DNA of 61,263 bases from a virus (IMGVR_UViG_3300032722_000020:1-61263); one strand, 5' to 3'; positions 29,101 to 38,102 are shown, numbered from the stretch's first letter. Notes: generated by a model not told the origin, from the letters alone. Numbers and translations: made by a program.

Positions 29101-29705
29101 AGTTGCCTAGTCAGGTCTTGACCAACGGCGCGGCCTATCAGCCGACCAACGCGAACCTGACCACGCTGGCGACCTTGAACGGCAACTCGCTAACGAACAT
29201 TAATCCGGCCAACATCGCTTCCGGCAACCTGCCCAGCACCGTTACCAACACCGCGCCGATTGCCGCGACGAATGTCACTGGAACCATTTCTGCGACGAAT
29301 GTTCAAAACACTTATCAAGTAGTCAGTATCTATAATTATTCTGGCCTCAATGCGGGTCAAAACTTCTTTGCCACAGGGCCAGCCACGGCAGCCTCGTATC
29401 TCTATTGCCAGATGCCCGCCGGATTCACCGGAATCATCACCAATCTAACCATCGGCGAGCTTTATCCGCCGCTTGGTGTTGGGACTAATTTAGTTTGCTA
29501 CTTCTACACCAACGGCGTCAGTTGCTCAAACTCCTACTCTTTTACCTACGTTGGGGGAACGACCTATCCAAACGTCCAGATGTCCACCAACGGTTCGTTG
29601 ACCATCGCCAGCCCGACCGATTTGGTTTCGCTTGTGATATTTTCGTCTAATAGCACTCCGGCAATTCGCACGACAATCACTTGGAGGCAGCAAATCAAAC
29701 CATGA
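26157..29705 (+). CDS. Signal-peptide-bearing tailspike/adhesin-like protein with parallel beta-helix region
   Basis: RLRYFFALVVLAFTAQA|G; NDQALLSAA..LDLNGSTI..NGTLDGGN (pectate-lyase-like entry); STNGFVTA repeats; about 30 sequons. Confidence 0.75.
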   Translation: MRLRYFFALVVLAFTAQAGTVTPTWNFQDYTGGAYGYNSITIQPMLPVSTDGAQYYFVGDPITKNTSGGSFTTNLLNGYAYKVTFAGRFSNYSLTNYFGTNVTGSVNAATYTAVSTNITTGLYAYSMAAADARFAYVLIEGTNNSLANGVLTVKTNYSSGGGSGDALVAGYGLSLTNIGGTNNLSVQTNFFDLYGDWFKAVTYLATTGTVYHAQNSDNATMATYATGSGSAASYTGSVNYNQVTNPPAIPSTNGFVTATVTNGLASIGYVNSVSNVLAASIPSTNGFVTAAITNGLATTGYVAQATSGMVTNLPPSNGSNDQALLSAAVSVPNRVIILSPQTTYYASNLFITNHIFLDLNGSTIAMMSGATNALIDTGDNNSDQSVVNGTLDGGNTGDFVYGSTIPMPINHPVFPGYGSSMSNRFGLTWNASAGGQISHLFIKGFNGIGLAVRCWRGTESMKYTNSTIDNVTVFNNFAGVVDSGYGFQYYYNQFTHDPNSYAYDSGEYINFQGLTAKQNGIGLAIGAGNDRITGAMVTDNYIGMIADGGPNAAHGIFSDVTMNHNVYPFAFAGAGEIRFTDSYLQVNTYAGQVTSASALDFISSAILTGIVVTNKTGEPNPPNLGIYSCSIGDTITNLVSVPAPNGTCYFYGNHYSASGAISDGTDTNGCGKITSAGVTYAGGGTSLNTNTVAGIVSNTVTTSYVAGLGYPNPTNFNHVVVSNNAYSGGVTMGSIFVSSSLSSNYAVIGMASDGMTPIFKGYNFSSNQISQCYVSGVPLVLNPDSSPVGVGKLNPTNTLDVGGTIGDQYGQLPPSNLIQTNSNQFTSWTIGNNLDGGMFTNLTAGNIVGTVANANYANQAGNAYSAGIANRAAFAVIATNAPDGNAIASLNAATNIANAAVAPYTNQVTTAAITNANGLTTNSTLNAALISGILPMGTLTTDTVTTNGVLYYKNATTRGITNAPTLNLANSTNYTGAIALSQLPSQVLTNGAAYQPTNANLTTLATLNGNSLTNINPANIASGNLPSTVTNTAPIAATNVTGTISATNVQNTYQVVSIYNYSGLNAGQNFFATGPATAASYLYCQMPAGFTGIITNLTIGELYPPLGVGTNLVCYFYTNGVSCSNSYSFTYVGGTTYPNVQMSTNGSLTIASPTDLVSLVIFSSNSTPAIRTTITWRQQIKP

Positions 29706-29854
29706 TTCACCCGACACCCATCAACGTCTGGTATTGGCCGACGCCGCCGAACGCGCTGTATCTGACGCCGCAGAGCGTGCCGGATGCGGTGAACGTCGGC
29801 GCGTGGTTGGGTGTGTTGGCGATGTTTTTAATTATGGTAAAAGGGAAATTATGA
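29702..29854 (+). CDS. 50-aa membrane peptide ending in a VPD-type sorting-signal-like segment
   Basis: MIHPTPINVWYWPTPPNALYLTPQSVPDAVNVGAWLGVLAMFLIMVKGKL; ATGA overlaps with both neighbours. Confidence 0.6.
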   Translation: MIHPTPINVWYWPTPPNALYLTPQSVPDAVNVGAWLGVLAMFLIMVKGKL

Positions 29855-30168
29855 ATGAGAACTGGAACAAAGGATTGACGGAAAGATTCACGCAACTTGA
29901 AAAGCAAGTTGGTGAGATTCATTCAACGCTCAAGGACATAGACGTTGCCATCAAGGGCGATGCTGATAGAGGCGTAATCGGAATTGCCGGAACGGTTCGG
30001 AACCTGAAATCCGATGTCAGCGCACTCAAAGTCTGGCGCAACTACATTGTCGGCGCAAGCACGGTGGCGTGGCTGGTGTTCTCTGCCTTCTGCTGGGTGG
30101 CCTACGATTGGCTGCGAGAAAACATTTCAACAATCACGGAAATGGTGAAACACGCGAACAAGCAATAA
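29851..30168 (+). CDS. Coiled-coil + single TM protein (holin/XhlA-like)
   Basis: ERFTQLEKQV coiled coil followed by a hydrophobic helix; lysis-region position. Confidence 0.55.
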   Translation: MNENWNKGLTERFTQLEKQVGEIHSTLKDIDVAIKGDADRGVIGIAGTVRNLKSDVSALKVWRNYIVGASTVAWLVFSAFCWVAYDWLRENISTITEMVKHANKQ

Positions 30169-30172
30169 ATTT

Positions 30173-30355
30173 ATGCTAGACAAACTGATCGCTTTCGCCT
30201 CGGCGCACAAAGAGGCTATCATCGTGGCCGCAGGATGGGCAACGCACGTCTTTTGGCCGAACCTGAAACAAGCATATCCGTATCTGCGCGACAACGGCGG
30301 TGTGGTTGGTCTTGTCAAGAATGTTTTCGTCGGCAAGATTCAACCGAAACCATGA
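30173..30355 (+). CDS. Small membrane-associated protein (possible holin)
   Basis: 60 aa, amphipathic. Confidence 0.45.
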   Translation: MLDKLIAFASAHKEAIIVAAGWATHVFWPNLKQAYPYLRDNGGVVGLVKNVFVGKIQPKP

Positions 30356-30472
30356 TCCAATTTCCATCCAGCCCGTTAGACCATCGCCAAAAAGCAAACC
30401 GACTCGTGCCGTGTGGCAATGCGCCGGACTTGGTAGGTGGAGGCAAGCTGGATGGGGAGCCTTAAATCTAAC

Positions 30473-31099
30473 ATGAAAAAATATATCGCCGCAATCATCG
30501 GGCTGGCCTGCTGGGTCAGCGTTCACGCGCAAACGAATCAGGTGCCGAATCTGATTCCAACATCCGATCCACTGGCCGGCATCGGTCAGATCGCGCAATC
30601 CATCTACAACGGGGCGCAGTCGGCGGGTCTGCTCAATTCGAGCAACTACGCGCCGCTGGTCTATGCGACCTACGCGCCCAAAGCCAAAGACCAGTGGGGC
30701 GGCGGCGCGGCTGTGGCGTTCAACTTCCCCGGCTTGTCGGGAACGAACGGCAACGTCGGGACACTGTTCGGCGCGGACTGGCTCGGTAGCTGGTCGCTGG
30801 TGAACGCCAGCGTCACGCTCAAGGCGAAAATCCGGCCATTGAACATCGGCGTCCTGTCTTGGCTACCTGATTCTGTGCGGCTGGTGCAAGTCGAGCCGAT
30901 TGCTATTGGCGGCGTCTGGACGAGTCTCGGCGGCAGCAGCGCGGGCGGCACGCTCTGGGACATCGGCGGCGTCGTAAACTTTGGTCACTGGCTCGGCGGT
31001 CAATTCACCGCCGGCGTGACTTGGGGAGAATGGGTGGGGAACACCAAAGAACCCGGCCACCGCTACCATCCGTTCGTCGGGTGGCGCTGGGGCTTTTAA
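30473..31099 (+). CDS. Putative outer-membrane beta-barrel protein
   Basis: Signal peptide MKKYIAAIIGLACWVSVHA|Q; Gly/aromatic alternating strands; C-terminal VGWRWGF. Confidence 0.7.
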   Translation: MKKYIAAIIGLACWVSVHAQTNQVPNLIPTSDPLAGIGQIAQSIYNGAQSAGLLNSSNYAPLVYATYAPKAKDQWGGGAAVAFNFPGLSGTNGNVGTLFGADWLGSWSLVNASVTLKAKIRPLNIGVLSWLPDSVRLVQVEPIAIGGVWTSLGGSSAGGTLWDIGGVVNFGHWLGGQFTAGVTWGEWVGNTKEPGHRYHPFVGWRWGF

Positions 31100-31386
31100 C
31101 TAAAAACGGCGCGGCGGTGAGACTTGAAATCTCGCTGTAAAACGGCAACCGCCCGCCAATCTCTTTATGACTCCTCTACCTACCCGAATGCGGACGTTAT
31201 ACGTCCGAGCATCCCGGCATTCTTACCGGCTAGGCGTCTGGCGGGGGAGTCTTTCTTTGCCATGAAACGCATCGCCGCATTATTAACCGTCGCGTGGATT
31301 CTCGCGCTGTGCCTAGTCGGCTGTTTCGCGGCGTTGACGCGCATCCGTTGGCTGGACGACATTTGCGAACGCGCCTTGACTGACTT

Positions 31387-31917
31387 ATGAAACCGCACTT
31401 CCTGACATCGCTTGACGTTACGCCGCTCGACGACGGCATCCACTGGCGTCTGAACAAGATGCTCAAGTTCGTGGACAAGAAAGGCGAGTTGCACGTCGTC
31501 CATCGCGGCTTCCTGACAGACTTCGCCTCTGTTCCACCCCTAGCGTTTATCGCCGGACTGGTGCTTGCCATCGCGTCTCCGGTGGCGATAGGCGCTGCGT
31601 GGCTGCACTGCGTCTCGGTGCTGGGCTGGGCGTCTGCCGTAATCGCGTTCGCGGTCTGGGTGTGCGTCGTGGCCGACAAGTTCAACTGCGACGACACGGG
31701 CGCAAGCAAGCTGGACGCGCCAGCGGTGATCCACGACAACGGCTACGGACGCCCGCATCTTGGCGGCTTGTGGACGAAGATACGGATGAAGCAGTATTGG
31801 GACGGCGTGCTGTATCAGGCGATGCTTGCGAACGGCGTGGACAAGTTCACCGCGAACACCGTCTGGTTCATGCTGCTGCTGTTCGGATGGTTTGCCTACT
31901 TCCGAAAAGCAAAATGA
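31387..31917 (+). CDS. DUF1353-family protein with TM insertion
   Basis: GFLTDFASVP and AVIHDNGY motifs. Confidence 0.85.
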   Translation: MKPHFLTSLDVTPLDDGIHWRLNKMLKFVDKKGELHVVHRGFLTDFASVPPLAFIAGLVLAIASPVAIGAAWLHCVSVLGWASAVIAFAVWVCVVADKFNCDDTGASKLDAPAVIHDNGYGRPHLGGLWTKIRMKQYWDGVLYQAMLANGVDKFTANTVWFMLLLFGWFAYFRKAK

Positions 31918-32188
31918 TTTATGAAATTAACGAAAGACGAACTGATTAAACGCGGGAGTGTGCCTTTGACGTAGGCAAATTGAATTGCCTTAAAACAGGG
32001 AAAGACGGACGATGTTTTTATGAGCGACAAACCCGACGCAGAACAATACGCCAGAATCATCCTTTGGCATTTATGCACACTTCAAGCTCAAATCAATTTG
32101 ATGCAGTCCGATCTTATTTGCCGGGCTGGGCGGGATGATGGGGCAACAGACATGGAAATTTTGGACGAGACATCCAAGCGAGGAAAGA

Positions 32189-32518
32189 TTAAACTCGTTT
32201 TTTTTCGACTTCACATAATCCGCCCGCAGTCAATTTGCCCGTGATCTCGGCAAATAGCTGCATTGCCTTGCGCCGACAGTTGGCGCAATAAAGCGCATAT
32301 TTTCGCTTTGAAAAGTCGTAGTCAGATTTCCCCCCACATTCTCGGCAATGTCCGCGCTTGTATTTCATCCGCCGACGGTGAAACTTTTGAAGCGATTTCC
32401 GGTAACGCATCAGGCGCAAGCGCGCCTTTTCTTCGCGCAGAATGTCCCGCTTGGAAATCGGTTTAGCTTCGGACTTGTCTTTAACCAGCCATGCGAACGG
32501 TTTGCCGCTGGCTTGCAA
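32189..32518 (-). CDS. Basic Zn-ribbon passenger protein
   Basis: CREC..CANC; downstream of the transposase. Confidence 0.4.
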   Translation of the reverse strand: MQASGKPFAWLVKDKSEAKPISKRDILREEKARLRLMRYRKSLQKFHRRRMKYKRGHCRECGGKSDYDFSKRKYALYCANCRRKAMQLFAEITGKLTAGGLCEVEKKRV

Positions 32519-32524
32519 ATCCTT

Positions 32525-33475
32525 TCAATTCGCGGGCTGGCGATACATGAGCCGCTTTCCGGCAATCATCGGCATAAACGCAACCATGCGCTCGCCGTCT
32601 GTGCTTTTGCGGGTATTCCAGCGAAATTAAAACTCGCTGGCGTATTTTGAAAGATGCTCCGCAGAAATGCAATGCCACGCGCCGAAAACACCCCTTTTGA
32701 GCAAGGAAAAGAAACTCTCGCAGGTATTCACATGACTAACCGTGCCGTCTGGATTATGCCGCGCGTATTCGTATTTAGAGTGATTCACGCGCTGGTGACG
32801 GTCTTGCCCCTTCAAAGCCATTTTGTAGGACGGATGTTCGTCTGTGTTCACTATCGCCGTCTTGCGGGCGGCTGCCGCCATAAACTCGCCGACGTTTTTT
32901 GCCGTCACGCTTGGAATAACCCGCGTGCGCGCTTCGCCATTGCGCTCGACAATCAGCGCAACAATGGTCTTACGCTCCGGCTTTTCAAAGTTGGGCATGA
33001 ATGTTTCATCGGCTTCGCAAGTGTTGTCCAGCAGCTTTGCCGTTTTCAAATCCGCTCCCATTGCGTGCCGTATGCGATGCGCTAGAAACCAAGCCGTGCG
33101 GTAGGTGGTTTTTAGCATCCGCCGCAATTGCATCGCGCTAATGGATTTTTTAGACGAACACAGAATGAAAATTGCCATCAAGATTTTAGAAAGCGGGACG
33201 TGAGAATCTTCAAACACTGTGCCAACGGTTGCGGTGAACGGCTTGCGGCACGCGCCGCAAAAATAAACACCTTTGCGAAGTGGTGAACGGCTACCCGCTT
33301 TGGATTTCAGCTTGGAAATGGTTTTGGCTTTGCCGTCATTCTGGCAATGTGGGCAAACCGGCTTGCCATCCGGCCAGCGCAGTTGCTCAAAAAGTTTCCG
33401 CGCCCGGTTTTCGTTGGAATACTTCTTTGCCAGTGAAACCAGATTCAGTTCTTCGTCGTTAAGCTTCGCTTTCAT
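32525..33475 (-). pseudogene. IS1595 (ISXO2-like DDE) transposase with premature TAA
   Basis: CPHC/CGAC Zn ribbon, EADET, NTDEH, NTCESFFSLLKRG. In-frame TAA at 32627-32629 is followed by the conserved FRWNTR...GKRLMY tail. Confidence 0.9.
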
Positions 33476-33534
33476 CTTGACTAAAGGTTAAACCAAATGT
33501 ATATTCATGTCAAACTAAAAGTTAAACGAAATGT

Positions 33535-33705
33535 ATGAAACCTAAAATGGGTCGTCCCAAACTGCCAAAAGGCGAAGTCAAAGACGTTTTGCTTGGTGCG
33601 AAGTTCGCGCCGGATGAAGCAAAACAAGTCCATGCCGCCGTGAAGCGTGAAAACATGGGCAAGTCCGAATGGATCAGAAAAACCCTGCTTTCCGCCGCCA
33701 ATTAA
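33535..33705 (+). CDS. Ribbon-helix-helix regulator inside the IS (56 aa)
   Basis: MGRPKLP...KSEWIRKTL; divergent from the transposase. Confidence 0.7.
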   Translation: MKPKMGRPKLPKGEVKDVLLGAKFAPDEAKQVHAAVKRENMGKSEWIRKTLLSAAN

Positions 33706-34239
33706 GAGCCGCGCCGTAGCAATCCGGCGCGGATCACCGTTGGCTGGTCGCGTGGACTAGCTCCGCATGATTCGGTTGAACTTCCGAATCATCCCGCATT
33801 GATATGGTGGCGGGACTTTTGGAATACGAACCGAATTTATCCGGTTTTGGATATGGTTATTGCGTCTTTTCATAAATCACCTTTTGTGGGGATTTGATTA
33901 TTGACGCCGCCGGAAGTTGACTTTATGGTTTCAGTGTCTAGTTGAAACGCTCGTCGGGCATCCGGCAGCATCGGTTTTGAAAGACGACTTTTGCGAGTCG
34001 CCTTTTCCGTTTTTAGACTTCGAGTTTTTCTTACATTGGCTTGCCTTAAAAAGAAAACCGCTTCGTTCCGAGTCGAAAAGCTCACGGCGCGGAGCATTTC
34101 GGAACAAAGCGGTTTCTAAATTTTCAATTCACCGTCAAATCAGTTTCGACACTGACAATGCGAAGATAGCTTGTGCGTAGAAACTGTCGAAGATTTCAGG
34201 TGGAGTGAATTAAGGCAACCCAACTCCACAAAAGTGGAG

Positions 34240-35148
34240 TCAGACTTGTGTTTTTAACTCCACTTCCGGCGCGATAATTTTGAACGCTTCCAAAATTCTT
34301 TGCTTAATATATCGGCGCAAAATTCCGCGAAGTTTTTTCCCTTCTTTCGTCGCGCTTTTTTGAGCGATGGGAATAAACCCAGCAAAACATTTTCGGTTTT
34401 CAAAATCTTCTTTCCAGCGTGAGCGAAAAAGCGGCCATGACGCATCAAACCATTGCTTGTGCGTCTGCTTGTTAAATGGCGGTAGATTTTTTGCCATCTC
34501 TTGTGATTCTCCACTCAATCTAAATTCTTCTTCCCATTCCGGTTTTGTCGGGATCGGTTTAGGTTTTGGGGGCTGATAGTTTGCTGGCCGTCCAAGCCGC
34601 TTGTTTAGCTCGCGCATTTCTTTTTGAAACTTCTTAAATTGTGCGCGACCGTTCTTAACATTTTCGGGTTGCCATTGTTCGCGCCAAAAATTCATTGTGC
34701 CTTTAAGCCAAAGCGCCACTTCTATTTCTGGCGCGTCGTAAGACCAGTTTCCTTTCAAATCCACACTTTTGACATCTGCTCCCAAGTGAAGTTTTTCCAT
34801 TAACTTTTCATTGCGGTTTTTAATCGCTTTTTGCGGTGAAATTAAAGCAGGCCAGTAAATTCCTTTTCGAGCAATGGACTCAAACATCTCTGGTTTTTCA
34901 TGGCAGAAATCATCAAACCAATGAACTATGGCGGATAAATAATTGAGAATAAGTTCAGCGGCTTCTTTGTTGCCTTTGTCGGCAGGCTTTGAAAGTTCAC
35001 CAAATGCGAGATGCGCAATCCTGCCAAGCGAACCCAATCTATCATCAATCAAATCGGTTGGTTCGTTTTTAATCTTTTCCGTCAAACCCATGAGAAAGGC
35101 GCAAACATCATGCTCGTAGATTTTCGGCCTGATTTCTTCCGCTGGCAT
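34240..35148 (-). CDS. Hypothetical passenger protein
   Basis: 302-aa lower-GC ORF inside the IS inverted repeats. Confidence 0.65.
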   Translation of the reverse strand: MPAEEIRPKIYEHDVCAFLMGLTEKIKNEPTDLIDDRLGSLGRIAHLAFGELSKPADKGNKEAAELILNYLSAIVHWFDDFCHEKPEMFESIARKGIYWPALISPQKAIKNRNEKLMEKLHLGADVKSVDLKGNWSYDAPEIEVALWLKGTMNFWREQWQPENVKNGRAQFKKFQKEMRELNKRLGRPANYQPPKPKPIPTKPEWEEEFRLSGESQEMAKNLPPFNKQTHKQWFDASWPLFRSRWKEDFENRKCFAGFIPIAQKSATKEGKKLRGILRRYIKQRILEAFKIIAPEVELKTQV

Positions 35149-35391
35149 AGGTTTTGACTTTGCGCTTTTGATGCCGGTAGAAAAGTGGCAAACTGCCATC
35201 AAGTAAAGCGATTTTATGCCCAAAGCCATTGATTTAAGATTGAAAGGCGTCAGCTTTGAAGAAGCCGTGCGGCGCATAGCTGCCGCGCCGCCCATGCCAA
35301 AGAAATCCAAGCGTAAAAAGGAAGTTAAAAAACCGCGTCTGAATTAGCCCACTTCTAACCGCATAAACATTCAGTTTTTCGCATTATCTGC

Positions 35392-35553
35392 CTACGTCAA
35401 AGACCTACTGCCGATATAGGCCAGCGACATTTCATTAACCACATCAGACAGCGACTTTTCTTGCTGCTGGGCTATTTTTACAAGTCCCGCGCGAGTCTTT
35501 TTATCAATCCACGCGGACACATACTTTTTATTTCTACTGCGAACATTTGGCAT
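35392..35553 (-). CDS. RHH repressor candidate (53 aa), 3' end inside the IS inverted repeat
   Basis: KKYVSAWIDKKTRAGLVKIAQQQEKSLSDVVNEM. Confidence 0.75.
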   Translation of the reverse strand: MPNVRSRNKKYVSAWIDKKTRAGLVKIAQQQEKSLSDVVNEMSLAYIGSRSLT

Positions 35554-35559
35554 AATATC

Positions 35560-35673
35560 AAGATAAACACACCGTGTTTAATTTGTCAAATAGCTTTATT
35601 TTATGCGGGTTTTACCCAATTGTAAAAAAAGTAAAAAAAACTATTGACGGTGTGTGACACCTTCTGATATTGT
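35560..35673. promoter_or_regulatory. Divergent promoters with inverted operators (genetic switch)
   Basis: Leftward TTGACA..TATCTT and rightward TTGACG..TATTGT; ACACACCGT (35567-35575) and ACGGTGTGT (35647-35655). Confidence 0.75.
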
Positions 35674-35683
35674 CTGTTTCGAC

Positions 35684-35851
35684 ATGAGCGAACGAAACGG
35701 AAAAAGCTACATCGGAGCTTACATCGAACCCGATACCAAAAAGAAACTTCTGGCACTCGCCAAAGAGCAAGACCGTCCCCTGTCATACATTATCCAAAAG
35801 GTTTTAGACATGGGTGTATCACACCGCAAACAACCATCAAAAGCGAATTGA
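35684..35851 (+). CDS. RHH regulator (Cro-equivalent position)
   Basis: KSYIGAYIEPDTKKKLLALAKEQDRPLSYIIQKVL. Confidence 0.75.
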   Translation: MSERNGKSYIGAYIEPDTKKKLLALAKEQDRPLSYIIQKVLDMGVSHRKQPSKAN

Positions 35852-35852
35852 T

Positions 35853-36056
35853 ATGGCAACACCCGCCACCGAACCCGCTTCCTGCGAAACAATAGACGCG
35901 CATCAAGCCGCCGCCATAGCGGGATGCTGTTACCGATTTGTTTTGAAAATGATGCGGCCAACCGTCCACGAATCGCGCCGGCTTAAATCGTTCTCCGTTG
36001 GTCGCAAACGCCGCACCACGCGCGCTTGGTTGCAAGATTGGATGAATCGCAATTAG
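35853..36056 (+). CDS. Excisionase-like HTH protein
   Basis: IDAHQAAAIAGC...LKSFSVGRKRRTTRAWLQDW. Confidence 0.7.
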   Translation: MATPATEPASCETIDAHQAAAIAGCCYRFVLKMMRPTVHESRRLKSFSVGRKRRTTRAWLQDWMNRN

Positions 36057-36062
36057 ACGATT

Positions 36063-36728
36063 ATGAGCAAACTGAAATCAATCTTATCCGAAACGGAACG
36101 CGACGAGCGAAACCAGCTTGAAGCGGTAATCACCAGCGGAATTAAAACCTTTGTCGAGGTTGGAACGGCGCTTCTGACGATTGCAGAAAAGCGGATTTAC
36201 CGCGAGACGCACGGCAGCTTTGAACCGTATTGCCAAGAGAAATGGGGAATGTCGGCGCGTCAGGCTTACCGGCTTTGCGAAGCGGCGACGGTGGTTAAGT
36301 CGCTTCCGAAAAATTGCGACCAATTGGTCACAAACGAAGCCCAAGCCAGAGAACTTGCCCGCGTTCCTGCCGAGAAGCGTGAGGCTGTATTGGTCAAAGC
36401 CGGAACTAAGCCAACAGCGAAAGCGATCCGACAAGCTGCCGCGCCGGAATCGGAAGCGGAAGCAACTCCAATCGAAGAAGAAAAACCGCGCGTTCAGTCT
36501 GGTGTGATTGATGAAAAATTTTGCGAAGCTCTTGGCCTTCCGAAACGGAGTGAGATTCAATCTGAATTACAGTTTTGCATTAACCGGCTTAAACAATTCG
36601 AGCAGCACCTTTTAGACGCCGATTTGTCAGGAGCCGATTTGATTATTATTTCTAAAGAGATTTCCGAACTTTCTAAAAGAATATCCAAAGTCGGGAAGGC
36701 TCGAAAAATTTCCGAATCTTCAAAGTAA
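36063..36728 (+). CDS. Putative DNA-binding phage protein (DUF3102-like)
   Basis: FVEVGTALLTI..YRETHGSFEPYC.EKW..NEAQAREL. Confidence 0.65.
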   Translation: MSKLKSILSETERDERNQLEAVITSGIKTFVEVGTALLTIAEKRIYRETHGSFEPYCQEKWGMSARQAYRLCEAATVVKSLPKNCDQLVTNEAQARELARVPAEKREAVLVKAGTKPTAKAIRQAAAPESEAEATPIEEEKPRVQSGVIDEKFCEALGLPKRSEIQSELQFCINRLKQFEQHLLDADLSGADLIIISKEISELSKRISKVGKARKISESSK

Positions 36729-36734
36729 CGTATT

Positions 36735-37112
36735 ATGAGCCTCGACGTATATCTGAGCGGAGAAACAAAAGACGTTCCATGCTGCTGCGACCGATGCGAA
36801 CACCGACACGTCCGCAAAGAAACTGAATACTTCTACGAATCCAACATCACGCACAACCTCGGCGCGATGGCGGAAGAAGCTGGAATCTACAATCACCTGT
36901 GGCGACCCGAAGAAGTCGGAATCACCAAGGCCGCTCAACTGATCGAACCGCTACACGCTGGCTTGGCACTGATGAAGTCTGATCCGACGCGATTCCAGAA
37001 ACATAACGCCCAAAACGGATGGGGACTCTACGAGCATTTCGTGCCTTGGGTCGAAAAGTATCTCGCTGCCTGCGAGGAAAACCCGACAGCAAACGTGAGC
37101 GTGTCCCGATAA
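36735..37112 (+). CDS. Phage hypothetical protein, possible relic cassette
   Basis: MSLDVYL..NITHNL..NGWGLYE; followed by attI-like GCTAAC-CGTTGAATATCC. Confidence 0.75.
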   Translation: MSLDVYLSGETKDVPCCCDRCEHRHVRKETEYFYESNITHNLGAMAEEAGIYNHLWRPEEVGITKAAQLIEPLHAGLALMKSDPTRFQKHNAQNGWGLYEHFVPWVEKYLAACEENPTANVSVSR

Positions 37113-37582
37113 TTGCTAACCGTTGAATATCCGCGACCACTTATGAAACCAAAACGCAAATACCGACGCGGCTCAAAGCATCTGGCGATTCACCGCCGGA
37201 AGAACATCGCGCCGCATCTGCAAAAATACGCTGATTGGGCGATGGGCTGGTCTTACGACACCGGCCACATGACACCGCGCTTTGTCAGCACGCATTGATT
37301 TATGGCAACCGTCCGGCTTCAACCTCGAAACGACCATTCGGAAACTAACGGCGTGGCGCGTTCGGAAGGGCGTGCCGCTGTGGTCGGGCAGTTGCCACCA
37401 ATGGGCAGGCCGAGCCTTACCGGGTTATCAATTAAGCAGCTTGGCGAAAAGGAATACAGGAGGCGGTATCGCCTTTTACGGCATGGAAAGCCACTGCTGC
37501 GTCCACGATGGACAGGCTTATCAAACAAATTGCTAGGCCATACCGAATATAGTCGGCAATACAGAAAACTTAAATCCAATTT

Positions 37583-37942
37583 ATGACTGGAACCATGAAA
37601 TGTGAATGCTCGCACTGCGGCACGCTGCTTGGAATCAAGCCGTGTGTCCCGGAAATGGACGGGAAAACCACCAGCGGCATCTGTAATCCATGTTTTGCTA
37701 GGGAAATGTGTGTGGCGCTTGGTCTGGATTTGTTTGACCGCATTCAACGGGCTAATCGCGCGGAATTGACGCTGCTGGTGCTAACTGAGTTGCAGGGCGT
37801 AGAGAGCGAGTCTTTGAGGTTGTCTCTGCGCCAGTTGGCAGCGGAACTTCAGGAACGGCTGCGCGTGGCGTCACTTGCACCGGAAAATTATACTGGCGTG
37901 ACCTTTCGCGTGGCGCTGGCGGAAACGGAGTTGTCCCGATGA
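37583..37942 (+). CDS. Zn-finger hypothetical protein
   Basis: CSHC...SGICNPC. Confidence 0.6.
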   Translation: MTGTMKCECSHCGTLLGIKPCVPEMDGKTTSGICNPCFAREMCVALGLDLFDRIQRANRAELTLLVLTELQGVESESLRLSLRQLAAELQERLRVASLAPENYTGVTFRVALAETELSR

Positions 37943-38102
37943 AATTTGAACCAATAGACCGTTTTTGGATTCAGCCGACGCGCGAGGAAATGGCGGCGGA
38001 TAACGCGCGGTTGAAATCGTGGCTGTTGGCTGCGGTGGTGGTGGCGTCAATCGGTTGGGGGGTAGCTGCATTTGCAATTATTTTAATCGGGAGGGTGGTT
38101 CA

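Larger units (their letters stand above)
31953..35413. mobile_element. IS1595-family element with passenger genes
   Basis: Imperfect ~28-bp terminal inverted repeats with core CTTTGACGTAGGCA (left about 31965; reverse complement 35389-35402) flanking the transposase. Confidence 0.85.

Noticed and set aside
31100-31260. Hairpin-rich intergenic region as a tRNA or ncRNA
   Set aside because: No cloverleaf or T-loop consensus; could not assign beyond a possible terminator.
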